Source: an uncultured Planctomycetia bacterium (GTDB lineage Bacteria > Omnitrophota > Gorgyraeia > 2-02-FULL-51-18). From it: a stretch of 64,000 nt of DNA. Position numbers and translations under genes: made by a program. Location: the NCBI GenBank assembly GCA_964642015.1, contig CAZXLF010000006.1:58661-122660 (forward strand), read 5' to 3'. Under the pieces are notes generated by a model. It had not been told where the DNA came from, did not search any database, and saw nothing but the letters and a program-made list of their open reading frames with translations. This document shows positions 50,118 to 59,704 of this stretch, in pieces; the first letter of the stretch is position 1, and each line of letters starts with the position of its first letter.

Positions 50118-50564
50118 GTGAGGATCTTCTTTCGTCTGATAGTTATTGTTTGCGCTTTGATGCCGATCGCATGCGCGACCGTCAACCGGAACAACTGGAT
50201 CGGTCACAGCGAGTCGGAGCTGGTGTCGACGCTTGGACCGCCGGATGCCGTTTATCCGCTGAATGAACGGCAAAAAGTGCTGACGTACAACACCTTTTCA
50301 AATGCATTCCCGCCCGGACACAACACCGAAAGCGAGATCTCTTATGTCGGCCGGGAACCATTCTATCCGCCGTCTTACGGCAAGACACCTCCGCAGAACA
50401 AAGGCGATCATTTCAAGACGGATTTCCTCGTGCAGGACGGACAAGTGATCTCTTACTCGCAGAAACAGAGTTTCAAACCGCCGAAAAAAAACGGCCAAGA
50501 ATCTAAAAATAAACCCGAAACCAAATCGGCTCAAGGTGAGGAATCAAAAAAAGAACCCGATTGA
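50118..50564 (+). CDS. Putative lipoprotein
   Basis: Lipobox-like PIAC; WIGHSESELVSTLGPP; GTG start 6 nt after TATAAT. Confidence 0.65.
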   Translation: MRIFFRLIVIVCALMPIACATVNRNNWIGHSESELVSTLGPPDAVYPLNERQKVLTYNTFSNAFPPGHNTESEISYVGREPFYPPSYGKTPPQNKGDHFKTDFLVQDGQVISYSQKQSFKPPKKNGQESKNKPETKSAQGEESKKEPD

Positions 50565-50629
50565 TCCCTCCTCTAGTTTCCGTCATTACGAGGAGTTCTT
50601 TTTGCGTATTTCGTAACCCGATCTTCAAA

Positions 50630-50857
50630 TCATTTCCCCACATACCGAAATCTCGGCACAGACTTTCCTTTGACGGAAACTTTTTCCTGAAACATCGCAA
50701 GCGGTCGCACCCAAAGCGAGCCTTTGGGAAACTCTCCTTTATATAGCGCTTTATAGACCACCATGAGCTCAAGCGTCTCGCTATGCCGCGCGACACCGAG
50801 CACTTCATAGCGTTTGCCTTTGAAATGTTCGTAGAGGCCTTTTTGGATGTTGTTCAT
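50630..50857 (-). CDS. DUF1653 protein
   Basis: GLYEHFKG..YEVLGVARHSET..VVYKALY..LWVRPLAMF..PRF. Confidence 0.9.
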   Translation of the reverse strand: MNNIQKGLYEHFKGKRYEVLGVARHSETLELMVVYKALYKGEFPKGSLWVRPLAMFQEKVSVKGKSVPRFRYVGK

Positions 50858-50899
50858 AAACTAATTAAACACATCTGGTTTTTCCCCTAGTCTTTTCCG

Positions 50900-50986
50900 A
50901 ACTCTCCCTAACCCTCTCTTTGAATAAAGAGAGGGGAAGTTCTGCACTTCTCCCCTCTTTAGTTAAAGAGGGGATTAAGGGGAGTT
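50900..50986. repeat. Double-hairpin intergenic repeat (CCCTAACCCTCTC..GAGAGGG family), copy 1
   Basis: Two stem-loops inside terminal inverted ends aact(c/t)ccctaa/ttaaggggagtt; homologous to 53237-53323. Confidence 0.8.
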
Positions 50987-51015
50987 GGTATTTGGGACAG
51001 TGTCTGGTTTATAAA

Positions 51016-52047
51016 TTATTTAATCCCGATCACCATCGAATCAGGGCCCAGTAGATGCTCGATGCGCGTTTGTTTGAAGCCGGCTTCTTTGAGCCAGCCC
51101 TGACAATCCGCGCCGGTATAATCAAAACCACCCGGCGTCTCGATCAGCATATTGAGACTCATCAGGAGTCCAAACGCGTTCGTTTGTCTGGCATCGTCGA
51201 TCATCGCGTCAAATACAATGAAAGCACCACCTTTAGGGAGCGCCTCGTAGGCCTTTTTGACAAGCATCCGCTTCTGTTCTAGGTTCCAATCATGCAGAAT
51301 GTGCCCCATGATCAGCACGTCCGCTTTGGGAAGCGGTTTATTGAAAAAATCCAGCTCATAAAACTTTAGTCTATCCGCGACCCCGAAAGACCGGACATAT
51401 TCCTCAAATATCGGTCTCACCTGTGGAAGATCCGCTCCTCCGCCTTTAAGGTGCGTATTCTTAAGCGCGATCTGCACGGGCATCGCGCCCTGGGCGCATC
51501 CGATGTCGATGAAGGTTTTATATTTTTTCCACGGGAACTTTTGCGCCATTACCATCGCGGAGCCCAGCGTGATGCCGGTCATCGCCTTTAAGAATTCGCG
51601 CAGATGTGCGGGAGTATCATAGAGTTCTTTGAACGGATCTCTCCCGTCTTTAACTTCATTCAGAGACTTGCCTGTCTTTAACGCTTCGCTCAGCGAACCC
51701 CAAGCCTTGTAAAGACGGTCGCCGCCCATCTCGAGGATGCCGCCGACATAGGAAGGCTTTGCTTTGTCCAAAAATTTATCCGCCTCGGGCGTATTGCGGT
51801 AGACCTGCCCTTGTCTTTGAAGAATGCCGAGAGCCACCAGCGCGTCAAAAAAATCCCTGGCACCGCGCTGATGAAGCCTGAAATGTTTACGCAATGATTC
51901 ATACGGCATCGGCCCTTTGGCCAATTCGGTGAATACCCCGAGCTCTACTGCGCTCAGTAACGTCTTCGATCCCCAATACGCAAGCCCGACGGACAAAATT
52001 TTTTGTGGTGTTAATTGACCGGTTGATTTCTTAGTTTGTGTTTTCAT
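51016..52047 (-). CDS. SAM-dependent O-methyltransferase (ASMT/COMT-like)
   Basis: Dimerisation N-terminus SAVELGVF; IDIGCAQG; DFF; GHILHDW. Confidence 0.9.
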   Translation of the reverse strand: MKTQTKKSTGQLTPQKILSVGLAYWGSKTLLSAVELGVFTELAKGPMPYESLRKHFRLHQRGARDFFDALVALGILQRQGQVYRNTPEADKFLDKAKPSYVGGILEMGGDRLYKAWGSLSEALKTGKSLNEVKDGRDPFKELYDTPAHLREFLKAMTGITLGSAMVMAQKFPWKKYKTFIDIGCAQGAMPVQIALKNTHLKGGGADLPQVRPIFEEYVRSFGVADRLKFYELDFFNKPLPKADVLIMGHILHDWNLEQKRMLVKKAYEALPKGGAFIVFDAMIDDARQTNAFGLLMSLNMLIETPGGFDYTGADCQGWLKEAGFKQTRIEHLLGPDSMVIGIK

Positions 52048-52106
52048 GTTTTCTCCTTAATTTATTTAAAGCCAATTTTAGCACATCTGATTAAACTCAC
52101 CCTAAT

Positions 52107-52203
52107 TGTCATCCCGAGAAGCCTAGTTTTTAAACTACGCAACGAGGGATCAAACGTTTGATCCCTCCTCTTTCCACTTGAAACTCGAATCGTCGGGATG
52201 ACA
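52107..52203. repeat. REP-like palindromic element A (TGTCATCCCGA...TCGGGATGACA)
   Basis: Terminal inverted repeats and internal gagggatcaaacgtttgatccctc hairpin. Confidence 0.85.
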
Positions 52204-52213
52204 AATAATCTCA

Positions 52214-53125
52214 TCAGTCATATTTCGTATTCGAAAAAAATTCATAGCCCTTCAAAACACTCATCGCGGTCATTTGAACGATATTTCGGTAATCACCCAA
52301 GTCAGCGCGGCCAAGCGCCATGTAGTAAGAATAGCGGTCTTCTAAAGTAACCAGCGCCGGCGCAAAACCCTGCGTCAATAGCTGCGTGAGCATCAAAAGC
52401 CGTCCGACGCGGCCATTACCGTCAAAAAAAGGATGAATAGTCTCAAAGTCATGATGATCGATCGCTATTTTGCCAAGCGGATCCTTTCCGTATCGATTGG
52501 CGCCCCGCAGGAGTTTTTTCATCTTGAGAGGCACCTCCTGAAAAGAAGGCAGTTTTTTATCAGTATTCGTAAGATTAACGGCACCTGTCCGATACTTGCC
52601 GGGCAGTTTATTGCCGAAATTGTACAGGACGATCTCATGAAGTTTCAAAACAAAAGCTTCGTCGATCTTAAAGCCGGGCCGGACTTTTTCAATTAAAAAC
52701 TCAAGCGCGTTTTTATGGTTGATGGCCTCCATCACCTCAAAAGGCTCTTTGCCGCGGACCGTTTTTCCTTCGATCGCCCTTTGGGTTTCCCGCATCGTCA
52801 TACGGCTTCCCTCGATCGCGTTGGAATGATAGGTCATCCGCAGAAAAAATTCTTCCCGGAGCGTCCTATTTTCTTTGAGCATTTTTAGAGGATTCGGCCA
52901 TTTGGCACGCAGGTCCATGATCAGCCGCCGCAGGTCCGCGTGTTCTTTAAAAAGCTCATCAATATCTCTCGACTGGGCCGGATGGGGCTGAATCCCCTTT
53001 TCAAACCACCGGTAGACGGTCTTGTACGTCACTTCAAGGCGCCTCGCCAACTCTGACCGGCTTATCCCGGCTGTCTTGATAATAAGCTCTAATTTTTCTT
53101 TATCTGAGGGTAGGTATTTTTTCAT
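52214..53125 (-). CDS. HTH-Fic protein (copy 1)
   Basis: N-terminal XRE HTH; SNAIEG autoinhibitory motif; [12 protein letters not shown]. Confidence 0.92.
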   Translation of the reverse strand: MKKYLPSDKEKLELIIKTAGISRSELARRLEVTYKTVYRWFEKGIQPHPAQSRDIDELFKEHADLRRLIMDLRAKWPNPLKMLKENRTLREEFFLRMTYHSNAIEGSRMTMRETQRAIEGKTVRGKEPFEVMEAINHKNALEFLIEKVRPGFKIDEAFVLKLHEIVLYNFGNKLPGKYRTGAVNLTNTDKKLPSFQEVPLKMKKLLRGANRYGKDPLGKIAIDHHDFETIHPFFDGNGRVGRLLMLTQLLTQGFAPALVTLEDRYSYYMALGRADLGDYRNIVQMTAMSVLKGYEFFSNTKYD

Positions 53126-53133
53126 ATTTTTAT

Positions 53134-53186
53134 ATAGGACATATGTCCTATTATTAGGAACATATATAATATACCATATGTCCTAT
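53134..53186 (-). promoter_or_regulatory. Operator palindromes overlapping the HTH-Fic promoter (also 55504-55556)
   Basis: Perfect 18-bp ataggacatatgtcctat at 53134-53151 plus partial sites at 53155-53165 and 53175-53186; TTGCAT..TATATT promoter on -. Confidence 0.7.
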
Positions 53187-53236
53187 CAAATATGCAACTC
53201 TCCCTAGCCTTGTCTAAACGCCCCCTGGATTTATCT

Positions 53237-53323
53237 AACTCACCCTAACCCTCTCTTTAAATAAAGAGAGGGAAAGTTCAGCGCTTCCCCCCTCTTATTT
53301 TTAAGAGGGGGCTAGGGGGCGTT
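53237..53323. repeat. Double-hairpin intergenic repeat, copy 2
   Basis: Homologous to 50900-50986. Confidence 0.8.
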
Positions 53324-53326
53324 AGT

Positions 53327-53614
53327 CTACCGTATCAACCAAACATAAATAAACGCGAATATCCCAAGAAAGAGAACCGACAGGCCCATGATACGTGTGT
53401 TTCTTATCTCCTTGGCCATAGAGATAGGTTCCATCCGCCAATTAATGAGCCGGTAAAAGGCTATTTGCAAATCGATGACTTTTTTCGGCTGCCAGGCCAC
53501 CAACGCTCCAAATGCTATCGCGATCACCGCCACGGTGAGCCGCATGCAATACGAGCATATCACTCCACCAAAACAGGTGCACTTCGCGAATAAAGACGGG
53601 AGTATGGGATTCAT
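53327..53614 (-). CDS. Small Cys-rich 2-TM hypothetical protein (copy 1)
   Basis: TTCACA-17-TAGAAT promoter 6 nt before ATG; two TMs. Confidence 0.6.
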   Translation of the reverse strand: MNPILPSLFAKCTCFGGVICSYCMRLTVAVIAIAFGALVAWQPKKVIDLQIAFYRLINWRMEPISMAKEIRNTRIMGLSVLFLGIFAFIYVWLIR

Positions 53615-53690
53615 GGCTCTATTCTAACTCTCGCTAGCCATTTTGTGAATCTTGCTTCCTGGTGCGTTAAAAAGAGGATTTAAGGAGTGA

Positions 53691-53978
53691 TTATTTCAGA
53701 GCTTCTCGGATTGCATCGAGGCGATTTTCGGCGACTTTCAATAAAATTCGCGCTGCGCCATCAGGATAAGTGCGTCCCTGTTCCCAATTTCTAAGTGTAG
53801 CCGGACTTACGCCTATAAGTTCTGCAAACTGCGTCTGGCTAACTCGCCACTTCTGCCGTATAGATTTTATATCCATCGGCTTAACATCAAACACTCTAGA
53901 AGCTTTCCGTTTACCGGCATGGATCGTTCTCGCTTGATCAATACTTCTCAATAACTTCCTAAATGCTGCCTGCTTCAT
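53691..53978 (-). CDS. HigA-like HTH antitoxin (copy 1)
   Basis: SQTQFAELIGVSPATLRNWEQGR..PDGAARILL; ATGA overlap with toxin. Confidence 0.88.
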   Translation of the reverse strand: MKQAAFRKLLRSIDQARTIHAGKRKASRVFDVKPMDIKSIRQKWRVSQTQFAELIGVSPATLRNWEQGRTYPDGAARILLKVAENRLDAIREALK

Positions 53979-54295
53979 AACACTCCTGTTTTGATATAAG
54001 CCTGCAATTCCTTTAACTGACTTCTAGATAAGTCCCCATGACGAATCTTATCATACGCAAAGATCATATATAAGTTATCGTTTGACTGTATATAATAAAT
54101 GAGTCGAATACCGCTTCTCTTCCCCTTTTGTTTTTGGCGGGAGATCCATCGAACTTTTCTAAGACCTCCGCCGCCCGGGATCAAAACACCTTTTTTTGGA
54201 TCACGGACTAACAACCATTGAAGCGCTCTATATTCTTCATCAACAAGCAATGTCTTTATGACAGATGTGAAAATGGATGTTTCAATAAATACCAA
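53975..54295 (-). CDS. RelE/HigB-like toxin (copy 1)
   Basis: FIETSIF, IPGGGGLRKVRW..GKRSGIRLIYY..YDK..DL. Confidence 0.9.
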   Translation of the reverse strand: MVFIETSIFTSVIKTLLVDEEYRALQWLLVRDPKKGVLIPGGGGLRKVRWISRQKQKGKRSGIRLIYYIQSNDNLYMIFAYDKIRHGDLSRSQLKELQAYIKTGVL

Positions 54296-54316
54296 CGGCG
54301 CCTTTCATTTATAAGT

Positions 54317-54333
54317 ATACGCTATTAGCGTAT
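54317..54333. promoter_or_regulatory. TA operator palindrome (also 56687-56703)
   Basis: atacgcta-t-tagcgtat immediately upstream of the toxin gene. Confidence 0.65.
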
Positions 54334-54478
54334 GATTATACAAGTCTAAAGTTTGACTATAATAAACGATCCTTTCTTTCATATTAGAAGACGACGATAC
54401 ACCTTGAATTCGTTCAAAAATCTTCTGGATTTTTTTCGACTAACAGCGGGAGTTACTAATTGTCATTCTGAGTCCTAA

Positions 54479-54573
54479 TGTCATCCCGAGGAGCTTATCT
54501 TTAAATCCGCGACGAGGGATCAAACGTTTGATCCCTCCTCTTTCCACTTGAAACTCGAATCGTCGGGATGACA
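54479..54573. repeat. REP-like element B (chimera of C-left and A-right)
   Basis: Left arm identical to 56849-, right arm identical to -52203. Confidence 0.85.
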
Positions 54574-54583
54574 AATAATCTCA

Positions 54584-55495
54584 TCAGTCATATTTCGTAT
54601 TCGAAAAAAATTCATAGCCCTTCAAAACACTCATCGCGGTCATTTGAACGATATTTCGGTAATCACCCAAGTCAGCGCGGCCAAGCGCCATGTAGTAAGA
54701 ATAGCGGTCTTCTAAAGTAACCAGCGCCGGCGCAAAACCCTGCGTCAATAGCTGCGTGAGCATCAAAAGCCGTCCGACGCGGCCATTACCGTCAAAAAAA
54801 GGATGAATAGTCTCAAAGTCATGATGATCGATCGCTATTTTGCCAAGCGGATCCTTTCCGTATCGATTGGCGCCCCGCAGGAGTTTTTTCATCTTGAGAG
54901 GCACCTCCTGAAAAGAAGGCAGTTTTTTATCAGTATTCGTAAGATTAACGGCACCTGTCCGATACTTGCCGGGCAGTTTATTGCCGAAATTGTACAGGAC
55001 GATCTCATGAAGTTTCAAAACAAAAGCTTCGTCGATCTTAAAGCCGGGCCGGACTTTTTCAATTAAAAACTCAAGCGCGTTTTTATGGTTGATGGCCTCC
55101 ATCACCTCAAAAGGCTCTTTGCCGCGGACCGTTTTTCCTTCGATCGCCCTTTGGGTTTCCCGCATCGTCATACGGCTTCCCTCGATCGCGTTGGAATGAT
55201 AGGTCATCCGCAGAAAAAATTCTTCCCGGAGCGTCCTATTTTCTTTGAGCATTTTTAGAGGATTCGGCCATTTGGCACGCAGGTCCATGATCAGCCGCCG
55301 CAGGTCCGCGTGTTCTTTAAAAAGCTCATCAATATCTCTCGACTGGGCCGGATGGGGCTGAATCCCCTTTTCAAACCACCGGTAGACGGTCTTGTACGTC
55401 ACTTCAAGGCGCCTCGCCAACTCTGACCGGCTTATCCCGGCTGTCTTGATAATAAGCTCTAATTTTTCTTTATCTGAGGGTAGGTATTTTTTCAT
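54584..55495 (-). CDS. HTH-Fic protein (copy 2)
   Basis: Identical to 52214-53125. Confidence 0.9.
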   Translation of the reverse strand: MKKYLPSDKEKLELIIKTAGISRSELARRLEVTYKTVYRWFEKGIQPHPAQSRDIDELFKEHADLRRLIMDLRAKWPNPLKMLKENRTLREEFFLRMTYHSNAIEGSRMTMRETQRAIEGKTVRGKEPFEVMEAINHKNALEFLIEKVRPGFKIDEAFVLKLHEIVLYNFGNKLPGKYRTGAVNLTNTDKKLPSFQEVPLKMKKLLRGANRYGKDPLGKIAIDHHDFETIHPFFDGNGRVGRLLMLTQLLTQGFAPALVTLEDRYSYYMALGRADLGDYRNIVQMTAMSVLKGYEFFSNTKYD

Positions 55496-55606
55496 ATTTT
55501 TATATAGGACATATGTCCTATTATTAGGAACATATATAATATACCATATGTCCTATCAAATATGCAACTCTCCCTAGCCTTGTCTAAACGCCCCCTGGAT
55601 TTATCT

Positions 55607-55693
55607 AACTCACCCTAACCCTCTCTTTAAATAAAGAGAGGGAAAGTTCAGCGCTTCCCCCCTCTTATTTTTAAGAGGGGGCTAGGGGGCGTT
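55607..55693. repeat. Double-hairpin intergenic repeat, copy 3
   Basis: Duplicate of 53237-53323. Confidence 0.8.
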
Positions 55694-55696
55694 AGT

Positions 55697-55984
55697 CTAC
55701 CGTATCAACCAAACATAAATAAACGCGAATATCCCAAGAAAGAGAACCGACAGGCCCATGATACGTGTGTTTCTTATCTCCTTGGCCATAGAGATAGGTT
55801 CCATCCGCCAATTAATGAGCCGGTAAAAGGCTATTTGCAAATCGATGACTTTTTTCGGCTGCCAGGCCACCAACGCTCCAAATGCTATCGCGATCACCGC
55901 CACGGTGAGCCGCATGCAATACGAGCATATCACTCCACCAAAACAGGTGCACTTCGCGAATAAAGACGGGAGTATGGGATTCAT
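55697..55984 (-). CDS. Small Cys-rich 2-TM hypothetical protein (copy 2)
   Basis: Identical to 53327-53614. Confidence 0.6.
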   Translation of the reverse strand: MNPILPSLFAKCTCFGGVICSYCMRLTVAVIAIAFGALVAWQPKKVIDLQIAFYRLINWRMEPISMAKEIRNTRIMGLSVLFLGIFAFIYVWLIR

Positions 55985-56060
55985 GGCTCTATTCTAACTC
56001 TCGCTAGCCATTTTGTGAATCTTGCTTCCTGGTGCGTTAAAAAGAGGATTTAAGGAGTGA

Positions 56061-56348
56061 TTATTTCAGAGCTTCTCGGATTGCATCGAGGCGATTTTCG
56101 GCGACTTTCAATAAAATTCGCGCTGCGCCATCAGGATAAGTGCGTCCCTGTTCCCAATTTCTAAGTGTAGCCGGACTTACGCCTATAAGTTCTGCAAACT
56201 GCGTCTGGCTAACTCGCCACTTCTGCCGTATAGATTTTATATCCATCGGCTTAACATCAAACACTCTAGAAGCTTTCCGTTTACCGGCATGGATCGTTCT
56301 CGCTTGATCAATACTTCTCAATAACTTCCTAAATGCTGCCTGCTTCAT
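56061..56348 (-). CDS. HigA-like HTH antitoxin (copy 2)
   Basis: Identical to 53691-53978. Confidence 0.88.
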   Translation of the reverse strand: MKQAAFRKLLRSIDQARTIHAGKRKASRVFDVKPMDIKSIRQKWRVSQTQFAELIGVSPATLRNWEQGRTYPDGAARILLKVAENRLDAIREALK

Positions 56349-56665
56349 AACACTCCTGTTTTGATATAAGCCTGCAATTCCTTTAACTGACTTCTAGATA
56401 AGTCCCCATGACGAATCTTATCATACGCAAAGATCATATATAAGTTATCGTTTGACTGTATATAATAAATGAGTCGAATACCGCTTCTCTTCCCCTTTTG
56501 TTTTTGGCGGGAGATCCATCGAACTTTTCTAAGACCTCCGCCGCCCGGGATCAAAACACCTTTTTTTGGATCACGGACTAACAACCATTGAAGCGCTCTA
56601 TATTCTTCATCAACAAGCAATGTCTTTATGACAGATGTGAAAATGGATGTTTCAATAAATACCAA
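56345..56665 (-). CDS. RelE/HigB-like toxin (copy 2)
   Basis: Identical to 53975-54295. Confidence 0.9.
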   Translation of the reverse strand: MVFIETSIFTSVIKTLLVDEEYRALQWLLVRDPKKGVLIPGGGGLRKVRWISRQKQKGKRSGIRLIYYIQSNDNLYMIFAYDKIRHGDLSRSQLKELQAYIKTGVL

Positions 56666-56848
56666 CGGCGCCTTTCATTTATAAGTATACGCTATTAGCG
56701 TATGATTATACAAGTCTAAAGTTTGACTATAATAAACGATCCTTTCTTTCATATTAGAAGACGACGATACACCTTGAATTCGTTCAAAAATCTTCTGGAT
56801 TTTTTTCGACTAACAGCGGGAGTTACTAATTGTCATTCTGAGTCCTAA

Positions 56849-56963
56849 TGTCATCCCGAGGAGCTTATCTTTAAATCCGCGACGAGGGATCAAACGCTTG
56901 ATCCCTCCTCTTATCGATTTAAACTCGAATCGCCTGCCTGCCGGCAGGCAGGTCGGGATGATA
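56849..56963. repeat. REP-like element C carrying a nested 20-bp palindrome
   Basis: Same termini as A/B; cctgcctgccggcaggcagg at 56933-56952. Confidence 0.85.
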
Positions 56964-56968
56964 AATAA

Positions 56969-57241
56969 TTACTCTGCCGTTGTAGGGTCTATCATTTGGC
57001 GAACAGCAGCAACCGAGTCGGCGGGAAACCCGCCTTGTTTTGCATGTTCGCGTATCATTGCCTCATTCGGCGAGATATAAACACAGTAGATCTTATCTTC
57101 CGTCACGTAGCTTTGAAGCCATTGTATTTCCGAACCAAGCTTGCGAAGAACTCCGCATGACTTCTGGGATATAGCCTTGAGATCCGCTGCGCTCATCTTC
57201 CCGGCGCCCGGAATATTTCGTTCGATTACATACTTTGGCAT
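56969..57241 (-). CDS. DUF4242 protein
   Basis: MPKYVIER.IPGAG, WLQSYVTEDKIYCVY..PN...IREHA..GGFPAD. Confidence 0.88.
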   Translation of the reverse strand: MPKYVIERNIPGAGKMSAADLKAISQKSCGVLRKLGSEIQWLQSYVTEDKIYCVYISPNEAMIREHAKQGGFPADSVAAVRQMIDPTTAE

Positions 57242-57270
57242 ATATTTCCTCCTTTTATAAGGTTAATGGA

Positions 57271-58086
57271 TCAAAGTGAAACTGTGACTCTTAGGAACGT
57301 GGCCGGTATGGAAACGCCACCGTTACTACTCTTATTCTGCGCTTTCGCCAGTTCCAATATTTGTTTGTGTAGCTCTTCTACTTTCCCATTCTTTCGTGCC
57401 GCTTCGTAGGCATTCATGGTCGGGCCATAGTATCGGCTTAAAGATTCGACGATATCCGCCGGGCCTTTGTCGGGCGAAATAAAAGAATACGTGTCCTTGG
57501 TCATGGTAATTTTCTCTTTCGGCACTCCGGCCTGGCCAAAACGCTCCACAATATGAGTTTCTACACCCCATGTCATCGGACTGATAAAGCCTTCAGGTGG
57601 CGGAGGTGCGAATGCCGCGCTGATCTTCAAGAGCTGTGAGACAAATGAGGTAGTGTCATTCGGGATCCAATTGCCCATCACGATACGTCCGCCCGGTTTG
57701 GTAACACGGACCATCTCTTTGGCGACGTCAAAAGGTTTGGGAGCGAACATCGCGCCGAATATGGAGATCGTCAGATCAAAAGATTGATCGCCGACGCCTT
57801 GTAAATTGCACGCGTCCCCTTCTTGAAATTTCAGCCGCTTGAGCCCCGCTTCCATAGCTCGTTTATTTCCTGCGTCAACGAGGTTCTTGGCGATATCAAT
57901 TCCGACCACTTCGGCTCCCAATTTAGCCATAGGGACCGCTGTAGTGCCGTCTCCGCAGCCAAGATCCAAAACCTTCATTGATGGCTTCACTCCAAGCGAA
58001 TTGATGATATCTTCAGCGGATCGGCGCATGTAGGAAGCGATCTTGGTAAAGTCACCCTTCTCCCATAGCTCTTTATTTGGATTCAT
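57271..58086 (-). CDS. Class I SAM-dependent methyltransferase
   Basis: VLDLGCGDG, FQEGDA, FGAMFAP, RVTKPGG. Confidence 0.92.
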   Translation of the reverse strand: MNPNKELWEKGDFTKIASYMRRSAEDIINSLGVKPSMKVLDLGCGDGTTAVPMAKLGAEVVGIDIAKNLVDAGNKRAMEAGLKRLKFQEGDACNLQGVGDQSFDLTISIFGAMFAPKPFDVAKEMVRVTKPGGRIVMGNWIPNDTTSFVSQLLKISAAFAPPPPEGFISPMTWGVETHIVERFGQAGVPKEKITMTKDTYSFISPDKGPADIVESLSRYYGPTMNAYEAARKNGKVEELHKQILELAKAQNKSSNGGVSIPATFLRVTVSL

Positions 58087-58124
58087 AGTATCTCCCTTCA
58101 ATAAATATATAATGAGACATAAAC

Positions 58125-58236
58125 TGTCATCCCGAGCGTAGCGAAGCGAAGTCGAGGGATCTAAGAAACTCTTTTAGCATGCTAAGAAATTCTTTAGATT
58201 CCTCGACTCGGCCCATTGGCCTCGCTCGGAATGACA
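58125..58236. repeat. REP-like palindromic element D
   Basis: tgtcatcccgagcg..gagggatct..agattcctcg..cgctcggaatgaca. Confidence 0.8.
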
Positions 58237-58285
58237 TACTTCAGAGCCCTGTACCTAGCAATCTTGACACGCAGCGTCGTTTCAT

Positions 58286-58498
58286 TCATCCCTCTACTCC
58301 TGGCAATGCCAAATATAGATTTTCCACTTTGAGGCGCGCCCAGGGAGTCTTTCGAAGAAACGTGAGACTCGACTTGATACTCGGATCAGATGTGAAACAA
58401 CGGATACGTATCCTCTTCCCCAGCTCTTCCCAACCATAATGTTCGACGAGACGCTCAAGTATCGCTTGAAGCGTCATCCCATGCAGAGGATCACTCAT
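58286..58498 (-). CDS. VF530/DUF2132 family protein
   Basis: [36 protein letters not shown]. Confidence 0.9.
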   Translation of the reverse strand: MSDPLHGMTLQAILERLVEHYGWEELGKRIRIRCFTSDPSIKSSLTFLRKTPWARLKVENLYLALPGVEG

Positions 58499-58517
58499 TT
58501 CTACTGTGAATCTCCCT

Positions 58518-58880
58518 TTATTTTAGAAACGCCAACGACCCCCAACCCAATATAAATAAAATCCCGCCAATCGGCGTGAGAGCGCCAAGCCAGCGCGTGC
58601 CTGTAATGGATAAAAGATACAAACTACCGGAAAAGATCACGATGCCTAACGCGAACGCGAAGCCCGCTATGCGAACATGGGAATTATTCGGATATTGTGA
58701 AGCGGTCCAGGCCACAATGAAAAGACCCAGCGCATGAATGAAATGATACAACACTGCCGTATGATAGACATCGAGGTATTCCGGAGTAAGACGTGCCTTA
58801 AGCGCGTGCGCACCAAAAGCGCCGAGCGCTACGCCTGCTAACATAAAAATCGCCGCGATCCGAAACCAGTTATTCGACAT
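58518..58880 (-). CDS. DUF423 membrane protein
   Basis: [25 protein letters not shown]. Confidence 0.9.
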   Translation of the reverse strand: MSNNWFRIAAIFMLAGVALGAFGAHALKARLTPEYLDVYHTAVLYHFIHALGLFIVAWTASQYPNNSHVRIAGFAFALGIVIFSGSLYLLSITGTRWLGALTPIGGILFILGWGSLAFLK

Positions 58881-58986
58881 TGTTAAATATGATACCGCGA
58901 CAGAGGAAGATGGTCTAGGGGAGGTTTGAGTGTGGTTCTGCCCTCTTATTGATGCTGATGAATCCCAACAGATGGAGGGCAGTTTA

Positions 58987-59700
58987 CTATTTTTGAATCG
59001 GAGAGGGCTTTGCTAGCACTCGCTTTTCTATGGCTACAAAAAACTTATCTGCAATTTCTAATAATAAATTGGTGTTTCCAACCATATCTTCACGTTTTCT
59101 AGGGAATCTTCTTCGATTACTTTGATTAAAATCAATGTCCATGTCATGACTAATACGGTTACGTATTTCAAACACTTGATCGACCTTTTTAAAATCTGAC
59201 ATTAATTCGTCAGCTATTATCCCAAAATGAGCTGCTGCCGATAATAGCTGGCTTCTTGATTGCATGCTATTTGAAGTCAATTTTTTTACTAAAGTAGATA
59301 AGAAAGCATCCCGAGGCGTCCTCTGAGAAAGAGCAGATGCTAACATATTAAAATCAATTGTAGGTAATTGAGATCCTGAAACTGGCATCTTGATCGCCGT
59401 TGAAATAAATGATTCAAATTGTTGAAATGCGCCTCTATCACAATTAATTACGATCCCTAATGCATCCTTTACTAACTGCTGAACCATAGAATCCAAACCG
59501 GCTGATGCAAAGATTAACATTGCTCGAAGCAGATCTTGATCCTGATCAGTCGGCGCTCCCATTTTATTTGGACGGCTATCAAATGACGAAAGAAATGAGC
59601 CAGAAGTTTCATGAGTGTGCACTAGTATAAAATATGCCTTTGCTAATTCTTGATTTTTAGGTTCTTTTTTTACAGATGGAGACTTGATTCCTGTCTTCAC
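58987..59700 (-). CDS. HEPN-domain putative RNase
   Basis: Helical protein with DLLRAMLIF..AGLD and IRNRISH (RxxxxH). Confidence 0.7.
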   Translation of the reverse strand: MKTGIKSPSVKKEPKNQELAKAYFILVHTHETSGSFLSSFDSRPNKMGAPTDQDQDLLRAMLIFASAGLDSMVQQLVKDALGIVINCDRGAFQQFESFISTAIKMPVSGSQLPTIDFNMLASALSQRTPRDAFLSTLVKKLTSNSMQSRSQLLSAAAHFGIIADELMSDFKKVDQVFEIRNRISHDMDIDFNQSNRRRFPRKREDMVGNTNLLLEIADKFFVAIEKRVLAKPSPIQK

Positions 59701-59704
59701 GGTG

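Larger units (their letters stand above)
52142..56896. repeat. Exact tandem duplication, period 2370 bp (52142-54526 = 54512-56896)
   Basis: Identical ORF sets offset by 2370; identity breaks at 52141/54511 and 54527/56897. Confidence 0.95.

Noticed and set aside
56898-57080. ORF containing LPAGRQ
   Set aside because: Translation of the palindromic repeat, antisense to the DUF4242 gene
52107-58236. REP-like elements as integron attC sites
   Set aside because: No RYYYAAC/GTTRRRY core ends and no integrase seen; the termini are TGTCAT/ATGACA
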